Of a stretch of DNA of 64,000 nucleotides, positions 63,522 to 64,000 are shown one piece after another. The stretch is from an uncultured Spirochaetota bacterium (GTDB lineage: Bacteria; Spirochaetota; Brevinematia; Brevinematales; JAOACQ01): contig CAWEAK010000022.1 of assembly GCA_963806975.1 (NCBI GenBank), positions 68,529 to 132,528 on the forward strand. The letters run 5' to 3'. The position numbers and the translations under genes were made by a program. Each line of letters opens with the position of its first letter. The first letter of the stretch is position 1. Below the pieces are notes generated by a model that was given only the letters and a program-made list of their open reading frames with translations, was not told the DNA's origin and did no database searches.

Positions 63522-64000
63522 TTATTTGCCCAAAAAACCCTCTTTTATCTTAGCCAGTTTGCCTCTTAGAATCATAATAGCTTTTGTATGAAGCTGAGAT
63601 ACTCTTGATTCAGTCACATTCAGTATTGAACCGATTTCTTTTAATGTAAGCCCTTCATAATAATAAAGAATTAAAACCTGTTTTTCTCTCTCCGGAAGAT
63701 CCATTAAAGTTCTTGCTATCATTTTTTTAATTTCTTCCTTTTCTGCAGCAACATCAGGGTTATATGTATCAGAGCTCTCTAGAGTATCCTCAATAGACAT
63801 TGGAGCATTATCGCTTCCGTCGTTCATATACCAGTTTTCATCCATAGAAACAAGAGAATTCCCGCTGACCCTCAGTAGAAGATTATGAAACTCCGGTACA
63901 CTGACCCCAAGAGCCTCGGATATTTCTTCATCGTTAGCAGAGCGTCCAAGCTTGGCTTCAAGATCGGCGATAGTTCTTTCAATCTCTTTAGCTTTTTGAC
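63522..64000 (-). CDS. fliA: FliA/WhiG-type (sigma-28 family) sigma factor, N-terminus outside the window
   Basis: The frame stays open to the window edge (..QKAKEIERTIADLEAKLGRSANDEEISEALGVSVPEFHNLLLRVSGNSLVSMDENW..). Region 4 reads LPEREKQVLILYYYEGLTLKEIGSILNVTESRVSQLHTKAIMILRGKL. No RpoN box is present. Confidence 0.65.
   Translation of the reverse strand, partial: QKAKEIERTIADLEAKLGRSANDEEISEALGVSVPEFHNLLLRVSGNSLVSMDENWYMNDGSDNAPMSIEDTLESSDTYNPDVAAEKEEIKKMIARTLMDLPEREKQVLILYYYEGLTLKEIGSILNVTESRVSQLHTKAIMILRGKLAKIKEGFLGK

Noticed and set aside
1-64000. Search for tRNA, rRNA, CRISPR arrays, IS elements, toxin-antitoxin pairs and known defence systems.
   Set aside because: None of the following was seen anywhere in the window: cloverleaf-like GC-rich 70-90-nt segments, rRNA-like sequence, regularly spaced direct repeats, transposase or integrase beyond Xer, restriction, Cas or reverse-transcriptase-like ORFs.

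Overview
This window is about 33% GC and looks like ordinary chromosome from a spirochaete-like bacterium. The lineage call rests on a FlaA flagellar sheath protein, a fliK-flgD-flgE-flbD block, a BMP/TmpC-type lipoprotein ABC system and LL-DAP aminotransferase DapL. I recognise about 60 protein-coding genes and no rRNA, tRNA, CRISPR array, transposase, prophage or recognisable defence system. All calls come from motif recognition by eye; no database search was run.

Gene content:
- DNA maintenance and replication: uvrB, recA, xerD, parA/parB with two perfect parS sites, a DciA-like DUF721 gene and dgt.
- Metabolism: an iorA/iorB-paaK-ACT aryl-pyruvate module, argB/argJ, proB, obg, dapL, trpF, cobS and galT.
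- Motility and chemotaxis: flaA, a Maf-like gene and cheB.
- Regulation: an NtrC-type sigma-54 activator, an NtrY-like histidine kinase, two SpoIIE/PP2C phosphatases, an RpoS/RpoD-like sigma factor, a FliA-like sigma factor and hpf-hprK-ptsH.
- Several large envelope proteins of unknown function.

Most notable observations:
1. A perfect sigma-54 promoter (TGGCAC-N5-TTGCA) sits directly upstream of the alternative sigma factor gene. This suggests a Borrelia-like RpoN-to-RpoS cascade.
2. A membrane PP2C phosphatase gene is embedded between iorA and iorB.
3. A 1348-aa protein combines a beta-barrel, eight FlgD-Ig-like repeats and an OmpA domain, next to flaA.
4. An outer-membrane beta-barrel protein carries ComEA-like helix-hairpin-helix modules.
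5. Eight candidate single-nucleotide frame disruptions affect recA, argJ, the histidine kinase, fliK and others, mostly at A/T homopolymers. They point to either assembly error or gene decay and need read-level checking.
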